Source of the DNA: a virus
Lineage: Duplodnaviria; Caudoviricetes
IMG/VR virus record: IMGVR_UViG_3300033073_001045
Span: 32,001 to 96,000 of that record
Strand: one strand, 5' to 3'
Length of the DNA stretch: 64,000 nt
Part shown: piece by piece, positions 40,047-49,342 of the stretch
Layout: the number at the start of each line of letters is the position of its first letter
Numbering within the stretch: position 1 is the stretch's first letter
Notes under the pieces: generated by a model
Seen by the model: the letters and a program-made list of their open reading frames with translations, nothing else
Told to the model about the DNA's origin: nothing
Database searches by the model: none
Translations under genes and position numbers: made by a program

Positions 40047-41900
40047 TTAAGCTGATAGGTCTCCAAAGACCAACCATCCGCTTGCTGTTTTCATTGCTGT
40101 TGCAACTGAGTTTGTAGTTCTTAATTTTAGACCTGGGGTTCCAACTACACTGTTAGTTGAAGCAAACTGTGCACCTGTACCTGACTCTTGATAAAAGTCA
40201 ATTGATTGACCTGTTGAATATCCTGTAGCAGGCAAAGTAATTGTTACTGCTCCAGTAAGTGGAACAAACTTATCTTGTTCTCCTGATGCAAGTGTTGCAG
40301 AGGATGAGATTGCTGTTGCAAAAGCGGTTATAGATGGAACTCCAGCTTTTACCTGTGTGCCATCTGAGAAAACAATACCAGATGATGGTGTAACTGTTGT
40401 TGCCTCAAATGCTCCAACCTTTAGAGCATCCATTGAGCCCTGTGCAAAATTAACTGTTGTTGTTGGTTCATCTGTTACACCCTTAAAAAGCTTCCACTTT
40501 CCATCAGATGTATCTTTAACTAAACCTTGGTGTGCATATGTTCCATCATTATATGATGCTACAAAGCCTAGGTCTACTGAGTTTGAATTGTTTCCTTCAC
40601 CTAAATAAATTACTGGATCAGCTGTTGTAAAGTTTGTTGTATTTACTGTTGTAGTTGTTCCAGATACTGTTAGGTTTCCAGATATTGTTAAATTACCAGA
40701 TAGTGTTTGAGATGCAGCATCTGTTTTTACTAATTTAGTTGTATCTGCAATTCCGTGTACATTTGTTGTATCTGCTTCGTGAGCTGATAGCGCAGTAGAT
40801 GCTGCAGATGTTGCTGCTGTCTGAGCATCTGATGCTTTACCATCTGCATAAGTTTTTGTTGCTAGTGCTGAAGTATCTGCAATTCCATGAACATTTGTTG
40901 TATCTGCTTCGTGAGTAGAAACTGCATTGTCAGCATAAGATTTTGTAGCAAGTGCAGATGTATCGGCAATTCCATGTACTGAGGTTGTATCCGCAGCATG
41001 TACTCCAAGTGCATCAGAGGCTGCAGTGATTGCTGCTGCTTCTGCATTATCTGCAGCTGTATCAGCATAAGACTTTGTAGCAAGAAGTGATGTATCTGCG
41101 ATACCATGTACTGAAGTTGTTGTTGCATTGTGTGTAGAGACTGCTCCAGTTGCAAAAGACTGAGCTGTAGTACCTACAGTATCTGCATAATTTTCAGCTG
41201 CTGTTATTGCTTCTGACTTTTTAGTATCTGCATAAGCTGCAGAAGATGTTCCTAAAGATGTAATTAGATTTTCTGCTATTCCATGCTTTGTGTCTGTGTA
41301 ATTCTTAGCTGCGTTTAGAGAGTCAGCAACATCTGCATCTGTTGCAAGAACTGATGTGTCTGCAATTCCGTGTACATTTAATGACTTATCTGTATGTATT
41401 GTTAGTGCAGCAAGATCTTGTGTTTGCAAATATTCTGCATACTCTCTGCTTGCAACCACTGTTAAATCAATTTCTGATGTTGGGACTTTACCTTGTGCGT
41501 TTAGTGATGCAACGCCATTAGCAGCTCCACGATCATCCTGTGGGATATATGTAGCATCTGCTGTATTTTGTATTGCAGTTTCTCTTGCGTCTACATAAGA
41601 CTTAAGTGCAATTACATTTGAGTCTACTGTAATTTCAATTGTATTTGTGCCGTCATTGTATGACTTTGTGAGTCCAGCTCCCAATGAAAGGGCATTATTA
41701 ATAGCATCCTGTGAGATTTCGCCGATAGCAACATCTGAGTTGTTAGCGTATGAAAGAGCAGTCCAGGTGCTTGTTCCGTTACCAAACTTAAATAGATTTG
41801 TGTCTGTTTCAACACCCATTTCACCAGCTGCTAGAACTGGATTTGTTGTGGACCACTGTGAAGCAGTTCCTCGTCTTACTTGAATTCTTACTGTTGCCAT
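40047..41900 (-). CDS. fibre protein with Mtd/hyaluronidase-type N-terminus and His repeats
   Basis: RIQVRRGTASQW...NPVLAAGE.G.ETDT..FK.G.G; five H-x7-HGIADT repeats. Confidence 0.8.
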   Translation of the reverse strand: MATVRIQVRRGTASQWSTTNPVLAAGEMGVETDTNLFKFGNGTSTWTALSYANNSDVAIGEISQDAINNALSLGAGLTKSYNDGTNTIEITVDSNVIALKSYVDARETAIQNTADATYIPQDDRGAANGVASLNAQGKVPTSEIDLTVVASREYAEYLQTQDLAALTIHTDKSLNVHGIADTSVLATDADVADSLNAAKNYTDTKHGIAENLITSLGTSSAAYADTKKSEAITAAENYADTVGTTAQSFATGAVSTHNATTTSVHGIADTSLLATKSYADTAADNAEAAAITAASDALGVHAADTTSVHGIADTSALATKSYADNAVSTHEADTTNVHGIADTSALATKTYADGKASDAQTAATSAASTALSAHEADTTNVHGIADTTKLVKTDAASQTLSGNLTISGNLTVSGTTTTVNTTNFTTADPVIYLGEGNNSNSVDLGFVASYNDGTYAHQGLVKDTSDGKWKLFKGVTDEPTTTVNFAQGSMDALKVGAFEATTVTPSSGIVFSDGTQVKAGVPSITAFATAISSSATLASGEQDKFVPLTGAVTITLPATGYSTGQSIDFYQESGTGAQFASTNSVVGTPGLKLRTTNSVATAMKTASGWLVFGDLSA

Positions 41901-41942
41901 TTTATCTCCTAGTTTTTAATTATAGCATTTATTAACTTTTAA

Positions 41943-42281
41943 TTAGGCTATTTCGCCTGAATCAAAAATCATTGATGCTTCTTCTGTTGATGGTGTGCCC
42001 CCATCTGCGAATTTTGTGGCAGTGGTAACAACACCATTTGCCTGAACTGTATAAACTGGTTGACCATCATAATCAATAGCCAGCCCAATATCCATAAAAG
42101 ATATACCGCTTACATCTGGAATCTGTGAAACAAGAGCTATTGGCTCCCATGTTCCATTGATGTATATCTCTAATTGATTTGAGGAAGAATTAAATGCTAC
42201 AGGAGTTGACCCTAGCGTTATCTGGTTGCCCTCTACTACAAGGCCATTTTTTACTCTAAAATTTTTATCTGTTGTTGCCAT
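41943..42281 (-). CDS. small virion-associated protein
   Basis: MATTDKNFRVKNGLVVEG N-terminus shared with the next ORF. Confidence 0.7.
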   Translation of the reverse strand: MATTDKNFRVKNGLVVEGNQITLGSTPVAFNSSSNQLEIYINGTWEPIALVSQIPDVSGISFMDIGLAIDYDGQPVYTVQANGVVTTATKFADGGTPSTEEASMIFDSGEIA

Positions 42282-42349
42282 TTAAGTTCACATATCCCCT
42301 AATTGTTTTGGTGGGGTTTTGAAAGGACCCCAAACCTTTTATTTAATTA

Positions 42350-43597
42350 TTAGTCACCATATGACATAAGTGTTCCAGAAACAATTATCTCTGTTCCATC
42401 ATTATGTGTAGGTGATACCTTAAGTTCAATATTATTGCCGTTCATTCCAGCTGTAATATCTCCCAAAATTCCATTGGTGGTTACAATTCCATATTCTGAA
42501 ATTGCAATATTATTTGAGTTGTCTCTTGTTAAAAGAATCTCAGATACCTGTGAGTTGGCTCCGTTTCTCATTCTAACTAAGAACTTAGCAGATGCACCCT
42601 TGTTGTGATTCCATGAACATGCCACAACTTCGCTACCTGTATTAGCGTAAGCATATGATGCAATTTGATCTGTCATCCAGCCAATTGAAACTTCTGTGAA
42701 TTGTGTGTCTCCAGAAGTTAGGCTATTTACAGCATTATCAGTATATGTAGCTGCTGCTGTCTGTGCCGCATTAGCCTTATTAGTTGCATCTGTTGACGCT
42801 GTAGCTTCTGCTGCTGTCTGTGCAGCTGATGCGTATCCCTGTGCTGCTGTATCAAGATCTGAAATTTCTTGGTTTACATAAGTTGTATCTGCTTTAGTTG
42901 CAACTAAATTAGCAACATCTGTTGCATAATTTGGGTTATCTGCAATTGCTGCAGCCAATTCATTAAGTGTATCAAGAAGTGCTGGTGCTCCAGAAACAAG
43001 CGCTGCGACTTCCTGGTCTGTGTATGCATTAGCATCTGAAATTGCTTCTGATTTAGCAGTTGCAATTGCTGAATTACGTGCTGAGACTTCATTTGTAATT
43101 GCTGTTGAAATTGCTGAGTTACGATCTGAAACTTCATCTGAAATTGCAGATGAAATTGCATTATTTCTATTTGTAACTTCTGTTGATATTAAACCATCTG
43201 CATAATTTTCTGCATTTGACTGTGCATTATTTGCTTTAGTTGTTGCATCAGAAGCTGCAGTACTTACTGCATTGCTTGCTGCAGAATCAGCATAAGTTTG
43301 TGCACTTGCAAGTGCTGCATTTGCTTTATTTGTAGCATCTGTTGCTGCTGCAGATTGAGCAGCTGAAGCAGATCCATATGAGTCAAAAGTATTTGCATTG
43401 ACTGTGAGGTTTCCAGCACCATCTACGTTAAATACATTTGTATCAACAGATTTAACAAGAGTTGCTCCACCAACAAGGTTGAGAATATAGTTATCTCCGC
43501 CTGTTTCTGTAAGTATATTTTGGCCATTGATGGTACCTGTTGTACCTTCTACAATAAGACCTGATTTGATTCTAAAGTTTTTTACTACCGTTGCCAT
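42350..43597 (-). CDS. coiled-coil fibre/decoration protein
   Basis: MATVVKNFRIKSGL; DAT.KAN.A repeats; APALLDTLNELAAA motif. Confidence 0.75.
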   Translation of the reverse strand: MATVVKNFRIKSGLIVEGTTGTINGQNILTETGGDNYILNLVGGATLVKSVDTNVFNVDGAGNLTVNANTFDSYGSASAAQSAAATDATNKANAALASAQTYADSAASNAVSTAASDATTKANNAQSNAENYADGLISTEVTNRNNAISSAISDEVSDRNSAISTAITNEVSARNSAIATAKSEAISDANAYTDQEVAALVSGAPALLDTLNELAAAIADNPNYATDVANLVATKADTTYVNQEISDLDTAAQGYASAAQTAAEATASTDATNKANAAQTAAATYTDNAVNSLTSGDTQFTEVSIGWMTDQIASYAYANTGSEVVACSWNHNKGASAKFLVRMRNGANSQVSEILLTRDNSNNIAISEYGIVTTNGILGDITAGMNGNNIELKVSPTHNDGTEIIVSGTLMSYGD

Positions 43598-43622
43598 ATT
43601 TATGACTCCTCTTGCTACCTAT

Positions 43623-44174
43623 TTATATTTTTACAGCTGTTCTGATAAACCTTGCAGATATATCAGTACTTACTGGTGCCACTACAAGACTAATTATACC
43701 TGAATTTTCTTCAAATGTATAACTAAATAAACTGTTATTGGTATTTGAAACAATATCTGATTCTGAAACGTGTACATTCATACCATCTTGAACTGCAGAT
43801 AATGTACATGTGTAAAATTCTGCACCTCTTGTTATCTGAAGTCTATACTGTACACTTCTCCATACATCTATTGCAAAAGAGTCAATAGATGTTGGATTTT
43901 CTATACCATTAACAGTAAGATCGTTATTGCCATCCAGGCCAAGCAACTCTGAAATATTATCAGTATTATTTGATAAACCATCTACTAGTGTTGCTAGCTC
44001 ATTAACCTTATATGTTATTGTTGAGCTATCTGATGAATTTGTTACTCCAATAACATTTTCTATTGCCTCTATAGCATCATTTACATTCTGGTGCTGCTGG
44101 GCATGACCAGATAATGAGTCAGTTGCTTCAGGGTTTGAAAGGTTATCTTTTTCTACAGGAAATGTTGTTGTCAT
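43623..44174 (-). CDS. virion-associated protein
   Basis: HAQQH.N.NDAIEAIE motif; C-terminal domain similar to that of 42350..43597. Confidence 0.7.
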   Translation of the reverse strand: MTTTFPVEKDNLSNPEATDSLSGHAQQHQNVNDAIEAIENVIGVTNSSDSSTITYKVNELATLVDGLSNNTDNISELLGLDGNNDLTVNGIENPTSIDSFAIDVWRSVQYRLQITRGAEFYTCTLSAVQDGMNVHVSESDIVSNTNNSLFSYTFEENSGIISLVVAPVSTDISARFIRTAVKI

Positions 44175-44221
44175 TTTCCCTCCTTGTGGTGCATCTTATA
44201 TATGTAATTATACACTACATT

Positions 44222-47056
44222 TTATTGCTGCTGTGATGATTTCCATTCTTGGTACAGTTGCTCTAATGATGTTGCCAGGCTTTGACTGCTTGAGCTTATT
44301 GCTCCTGGTGTTTGTGCATTAAACTCATGTGAGTCGTGAACAATAGCATTGTCTGTAAAAAATACATCGTACGGCTCTGTATTAATTGATATAACCAAAT
44401 CCTTTGATTGTTGATGCCTGAATTCAAGAATTGGCTGCCAGGCATCGTACAAAGGAGAATAAATGCTATCTGTTTCAAGTACGTCATATACTTTTACAAA
44501 CTTAACTTCATCATTTCTCTTTACTAAAATATAGTGAGAAAGTGAATATTTATTTCCATTTATAATTATAACCTCATCAACTATTCTTGCAGATAACGAC
44601 ACAATAGTTGTTTCATAGTTTGTATCTATGACAGGATTTTCTGCCGACCATGATCCTAAATATGAAGAAAGCGATTGTCCAGATGTTAGGTCTAGGCCTT
44701 CTATATTTGCTGAGTATAATACGTCTCCAACAGAAAGGTTATGTGCTAAAACTAATCCTTCTGGAACTTTAGATGCAACTAATGTATCTGCACCAATTGA
44801 TTTAACTGGAGTAAATCCAAATGGTGTGAATCCAAATGGTGTAAAACCAAATGGTGTAAAACCAAATGGTGTAAAACCAAATGGTGTAAAACCAAATGGT
44901 GTAAAACCAAATGGCGGAATATAACAAGCATTTGGTATTCCAAGCAAAGAAATAATTTCTGCGCTAGATAGATTTGGATTAGATGTGGTGCCAGTTATCA
45001 TACTGTAACCAGTTCCAGTATTAGGGTAGGCACCTTGACCACCATTTGCAGTATATGCTCCATAATAGTTACCACTAGGTCCATGACACATTACGTATAT
45101 ATTATATCCTGGAGCCTGATACTGATATCTATTAATACTAATTCCAGTTGGGAAACTTATATATCTTGTGTCATATGCAGTTCCAGCAATTGGTGACTGT
45201 GAAACAATTTGTCCAGCTAACCCAGGATCTGATGTTCCAGTATTTTGATTTGTAGAAAGTGTCCAATCGCCATATGTTCCATCAGCGGTTGTTGAGCCTA
45301 CATAATTTGGCACGTACTTATAAACAACTGCTGGCTCTTGATAAATATATGAGCTAACACTAACTGTAACTGGTAGATCTGCTTGCTGCACTGAATATGT
45401 TCCAGCTGAAGGTGTTTGACTAGCAATCTTGCCAACTAATGAATTGTTTGATGTTCCAGTTCCAGCTGCATAGTAAATAACATAGTTAGTTCCATTATAT
45501 GCGCTTTGAGATCCAACAAAATTTGGAATAGTTACTGAAACTGGAGGATTTACTGTAGCAGTAGCATATCCAGATGATGCTACTGGATTTGATGTTCCAG
45601 CAGAGTTTGTTGCAGTAGCAAAAGCACGATATCTTATTCCATTTTCAACATCGCTAGCATCAACAGTATATGATTGCGGTGACGTACCATTTCTTAGTTC
45701 AACACCATCTGAAATTGATTGTGGTACTGAACCAGCTTTAGCAATAATCTTTACATTATATGATGTAGGGTTATTCTCCCAACCACTTGTTGATGCCGTA
45801 ATTGTGTCTCCAGCATATACTTCTCCAGTTGGAGACAAGAATGCTGTTCCGTTTGCTGGTATTTTATATGCAGATGTAAATACACCAGAATTTGAATCCC
45901 AATAATATTCTTGTGTTGGATTTTCAAGTGTGATGGTTGACGGTGTTCCTTGGAATCCACTTGAGGTTCCATATATTCTTACTTTCCATGGACCAGACTC
46001 AACTCCTGCTTGATAGCAAGTTATATAGCTTGATGTGGAATTTATTCCTGTCATTGATACTGGACCAAAATCTGATCCGTCTGGCCATAATGAATATATC
46101 TCATATCTTGTTGGAGTTATATTATTTAGTGACCATTCAATTTTACCCGCATATTGATCATATAGTCCAGTTGCAGTTATTGTTGCAGTTACAGATGGCT
46201 TATTTGGAAGAAGATCAAGGATATCTTTGCTTGATCCAGTTCCAGTAAATGTAAAGTTTTGATTTGCTGTAGCCCAACGCCACCACTCTAATGCTTGACT
46301 TGTATTATTAAATGGTTGAACAGATATGCCAAGGGTTGTCTTGCCAAATAAAAATGTAGGGTCTGGCGATCCAAAATCTTTGTCATAAAGATTATTTGTT
46401 TTTCCATTTATTGTTATTGTTTCCGCTGGTATTCCTGGACCCTGATATGTTACATAATATCCATCAGCACCTTCTGAAACATCCCAGAAAAATCTTATCT
46501 TTCCATTTAAATATCCGCTTCCATCTTGTTGAACAAAAGCTGTTGAATTTGCTATTCTTTGTGGTGGGAGTGGAGAGCTATCAATAGATGCGTGTACTGG
46601 TTCACTATCTGTTCCTCCAGTAACTGCAATAACTGTACATTTAATAAAATATCCAACCTCATCTTTTGTTAATATATAACTACTAGATGTTGCACCAGAA
46701 ATATCTAGCCATGTTGTTATTGTTTTATATCTTGTTGGTACATATGAGCTTCCGTTTTCTTGAAACTCCTCAACTCTTGAATTATATCCCTTTGACCATT
46801 GATATTTATATGAGTCTGGCTCAATTGCCCACGTTCCATTACTTACTGATACTGTTTGTCCAGCTCCATATCCAAATGATCCAGCAGACCAAGTAAATTC
46901 TGGAGCAGTAATATTTGATTGTCCTGAGTAAAAGTCAACCCATGCTGAGCCATTCCACATTAAAGCTTTTTTAGCAGACTTCCATGAGCCACCGTCAAAA
47001 ATGTTTAATTTTTTAGGACTATTCCAGCTTGAACCATCAAATATTTTAAATGACAT
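44222..47056 (-). CDS. multi-domain Ig/FN3/PASTA-like protein with (PFGFT)7 and C-terminal Hint domain
   Basis: IFDG.SW repeats; Ig-like GTW...SYKYQW; two PASTA-like units; same C-terminal module as 38664..40022. Confidence 0.85.
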   Translation of the reverse strand: MSFKIFDGSSWNSPKKLNIFDGGSWKSAKKALMWNGSAWVDFYSGQSNITAPEFTWSAGSFGYGAGQTVSVSNGTWAIEPDSYKYQWSKGYNSRVEEFQENGSSYVPTRYKTITTWLDISGATSSSYILTKDEVGYFIKCTVIAVTGGTDSEPVHASIDSSPLPPQRIANSTAFVQQDGSGYLNGKIRFFWDVSEGADGYYVTYQGPGIPAETITINGKTNNLYDKDFGSPDPTFLFGKTTLGISVQPFNNTSQALEWWRWATANQNFTFTGTGSSKDILDLLPNKPSVTATITATGLYDQYAGKIEWSLNNITPTRYEIYSLWPDGSDFGPVSMTGINSTSSYITCYQAGVESGPWKVRIYGTSSGFQGTPSTITLENPTQEYYWDSNSGVFTSAYKIPANGTAFLSPTGEVYAGDTITASTSGWENNPTSYNVKIIAKAGSVPQSISDGVELRNGTSPQSYTVDASDVENGIRYRAFATATNSAGTSNPVASSGYATATVNPPVSVTIPNFVGSQSAYNGTNYVIYYAAGTGTSNNSLVGKIASQTPSAGTYSVQQADLPVTVSVSSYIYQEPAVVYKYVPNYVGSTTADGTYGDWTLSTNQNTGTSDPGLAGQIVSQSPIAGTAYDTRYISFPTGISINRYQYQAPGYNIYVMCHGPSGNYYGAYTANGGQGAYPNTGTGYSMITGTTSNPNLSSAEIISLLGIPNACYIPPFGFTPFGFTPFGFTPFGFTPFGFTPFGFTPFGFTPVKSIGADTLVASKVPEGLVLAHNLSVGDVLYSANIEGLDLTSGQSLSSYLGSWSAENPVIDTNYETTIVSLSARIVDEVIIINGNKYSLSHYILVKRNDEVKFVKVYDVLETDSIYSPLYDAWQPILEFRHQQSKDLVISINTEPYDVFFTDNAIVHDSHEFNAQTPGAISSSSQSLATSLEQLYQEWKSSQQQ
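44333..44800 (-). other. Hint (intein-like) domain, 156 aa, second copy
   Basis: SIGADTLV...SLSH...VISINTEPYDVFFTDNAIVHD followed by Ser. Confidence 0.8.
44810..44914 (-). repeat. 15-bp tandem coding repeat, 7 units (PFGFT)
   Basis: Five consecutive identical tgtaaaaccaaatgg units plus two variants. Confidence 0.95.
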
Positions 47057-47064
47057 TGTATCTC

Positions 47065-48876
47065 CTAGTACTGAATATAAATATCTCCGACGGATACACC
47101 TGTAGGAGGAGTAGCGCTTGTACCGTAAGATATGGTGTTGCCAGTTATTGCTGTATTAGAATTTGAATATCCGCTAGAAATTGTTGCGGTGCCACCCAAA
47201 GAAACTTGTGTTCCATTTATGGTTATATAGCTATTCTCTAAATATGAATTTGAAATGCTAGAAACCAGTCTAACAGATCCGTTTGCTGTTTCTAATATTC
47301 CAGAACCAAGATCTGGTAAAGCAATAGTTCCAGTAAATACAGGATTATTTTTTGTAGCATATGTATTTTCTGCATCTGAAATAGATAAATAAGTTGCAAC
47401 TGCATTATCTACACTTAGGAAAGTTTCTGCAAGTGTTGCCTCTTTAAGATATGTAATATCTGCTTCTGATTTAGTTAAATATGAAGCTGTAGCATCTGTT
47501 AAAGACAGATATGTTGTTGCAGCATCAGACTCCTTTAAATATCCTACAATTTCAGCTCCAGTAGGTATAGTTACAACTCCAGTAAATATAGGATCATGTT
47601 TTGGAGCCTTTAATGCTACATTAGAAATAGTTTCATATGTTGTGGCTGCCAAAGATGAGTCTAGCTTTAATCCAATTGCTGTATTAATTGCAGACAAACC
47701 ATCTTGATTATTTGAAAGAGCTGTAGCTAGTTCTGCAAGAGTATTTAGTGTTCCAGGTGCTGATGCAACAAGAGCTGCAACTGCATCATCTGCATATTGT
47801 TTAGTAGCAATATTTGTTGGTATAACTGAATCTGCAAGTTTACCGCTTGAATCCAATCCAGCAAAACCATTTATTGCATTTCTGTCTGCTTCTAAAACAT
47901 AATCAGACAATGTGTTATTTAAATTAGATGTTAGTTCTGTTCTTAAATCATCAACTGCTCCAAGGGCAACTTGAAGTACTTGCCCTCTTGCTGAATTTGT
48001 TGCGGCAACCGCTCTAGCATTTGTAAAATAGAGATTTGTTCCTTCTGGAAGATCTGTAGTAGTATGAATACCTATATTTATATTTGCAACAGCTGAAGCT
48101 ATATCAGACGCAACCGCTGTTCTTGCTCTTGTGTCTGTAAAATACAGCCTTGATCCTTCTGATATATTTGAAGTTGTTAGGCCTCCAACCGCTGCTGTAA
48201 TTGCAGAGGATCTGGCATTTGCTTCTGATTGAATTGCAGCATTTCTTAGAATAACTTCGTTTGAAATGGCTGATTCAATTGCGGCAGTAAGAGCTGTAGA
48301 TATATCAAGATCTTTATCTGTTGCGTCTGTTGCTGCCGCTAAAATAGCTTCTGATTTAGCTGCATTTGCTTTTGCTGATGCATCTGTAGCTGCAGCAGAT
48401 ATTGCTTCTGCTTTTGCATTATTTGCCTTTGTAGTAGCATCTGTAGCTGCAGCAGATATTGCTTCTGCTTTTGCAATAGAAATATTTTCTTCTGCATTTG
48501 CTTCAGCTAACGAAAAGGCATTTGTAATGTTATCTGCTACTGCTGCTTCTGCTCTAGCATCTGTAAAATAAAGATTTGAGCCTTCTCTAATTCCTGTAGT
48601 TGAAACTGCATTTAAAGCTGCAGCAAAATCTGCAGAAATTGATATTTCATCTGGCAACTGAGACACATCAATTTTACCAACAGAATTTAGTGTAGCAATT
48701 CCATTTGCCTCTCCAGGCTTTAGTGCATACGAAGTAATATCGTTCCAATGTAGACCATTACCAATTTTAAACTTTAGAGTATCTGTTTCTATACCAATTT
48801 CTCCATTAAGCAAAATTGGATTATTTAGAGTCCAGTTTATTGCCAGGTCTCTTCTAAATTGTATTCTTATTGACAT
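47065..48876 (-). CDS. fibre protein with Mtd-type N-terminus and EG.NLYFT repeats
   Basis: RIQFRRD..NW...NPIL..GEIG.ETDT.KFK.G.G; three EG..LYFT..RA repeats; APGTLNTLAELA. Confidence 0.8.
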   Translation of the reverse strand: MSIRIQFRRDLAINWTLNNPILLNGEIGIETDTLKFKIGNGLHWNDITSYALKPGEANGIATLNSVGKIDVSQLPDEISISADFAAALNAVSTTGIREGSNLYFTDARAEAAVADNITNAFSLAEANAEENISIAKAEAISAAATDATTKANNAKAEAISAAATDASAKANAAKSEAILAAATDATDKDLDISTALTAAIESAISNEVILRNAAIQSEANARSSAITAAVGGLTTSNISEGSRLYFTDTRARTAVASDIASAVANINIGIHTTTDLPEGTNLYFTNARAVAATNSARGQVLQVALGAVDDLRTELTSNLNNTLSDYVLEADRNAINGFAGLDSSGKLADSVIPTNIATKQYADDAVAALVASAPGTLNTLAELATALSNNQDGLSAINTAIGLKLDSSLAATTYETISNVALKAPKHDPIFTGVVTIPTGAEIVGYLKESDAATTYLSLTDATASYLTKSEADITYLKEATLAETFLSVDNAVATYLSISDAENTYATKNNPVFTGTIALPDLGSGILETANGSVRLVSSISNSYLENSYITINGTQVSLGGTATISSGYSNSNTAITGNTISYGTSATPPTGVSVGDIYIQY

Positions 48877-49340
48877 TAGTTTGATCCTCCGAGGTCTAAT
48901 ACCTCACCATCTGATTCTGTTATAGAACTACCGCCATCTATAATTGTGTCATTTGTATCTGGTTCGAATATAGAGTTATACTCTCCTCCATCAAATGCAG
49001 TTAGCTCTTGCCATGCTCCATCATTGTTAGACAACGGCGTTCCTCCTTCTACCCCAATAATTTGTGGGTAATTAATTTGTGGTCCAGACTCTACGTTAAT
49101 AGAGTCAAAGGTTATTTTATTCTGTATATCAATTGTATGTACATCGCCATCATAATTATGTGTGTGCATGTAAAATGGTGTTGGATCATCGCTTGGAGGA
49201 GTTAGCTCTACCCAAACTGTTCCATTATATATTCTAAGATTTTTAGTTACAATATTAAAATATACATCGCCTTCTATAGCTACTGACGGGTCCTCGTAAG
49301 AAGTTAATAGATTAAGCGCCACCATCATTTGTCTTGACAT
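48876..49340 (-). CDS. acidic virion-associated protein
   Basis: GDVYFN..T..LRIY.GT.W; repeated DGG motifs. Confidence 0.7.
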   Translation of the reverse strand: MSRQMMVALNLLTSYEDPSVAIEGDVYFNIVTKNLRIYNGTVWVELTPPSDDPTPFYMHTHNYDGDVHTIDIQNKITFDSINVESGPQINYPQIIGVEGGTPLSNNDGAWQELTAFDGGEYNSIFEPDTNDTIIDGGSSITESDGEVLDLGGSN

Positions 49341-49342
49341 AA

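Noticed and set aside
39282-44914. 15-bp repeats as a CRISPR array
   Set aside because: There are no spacers, the units are in-frame codons with synonymous variation, and no cas genes are present.
38664-44914. Duplicated C-terminal module as a DGR template/variable repeat pair
   Set aside because: Both copies are coding, the differences look mostly synonymous or conservative rather than adenine-specific, and there is no reverse transcriptase in the window.
48380-48476. ~39-bp exact direct repeat
   Set aside because: It is an internal duplication of an AKAEAISAAATDA coiled-coil unit in a fibre gene, not an att site or mobile-element end.
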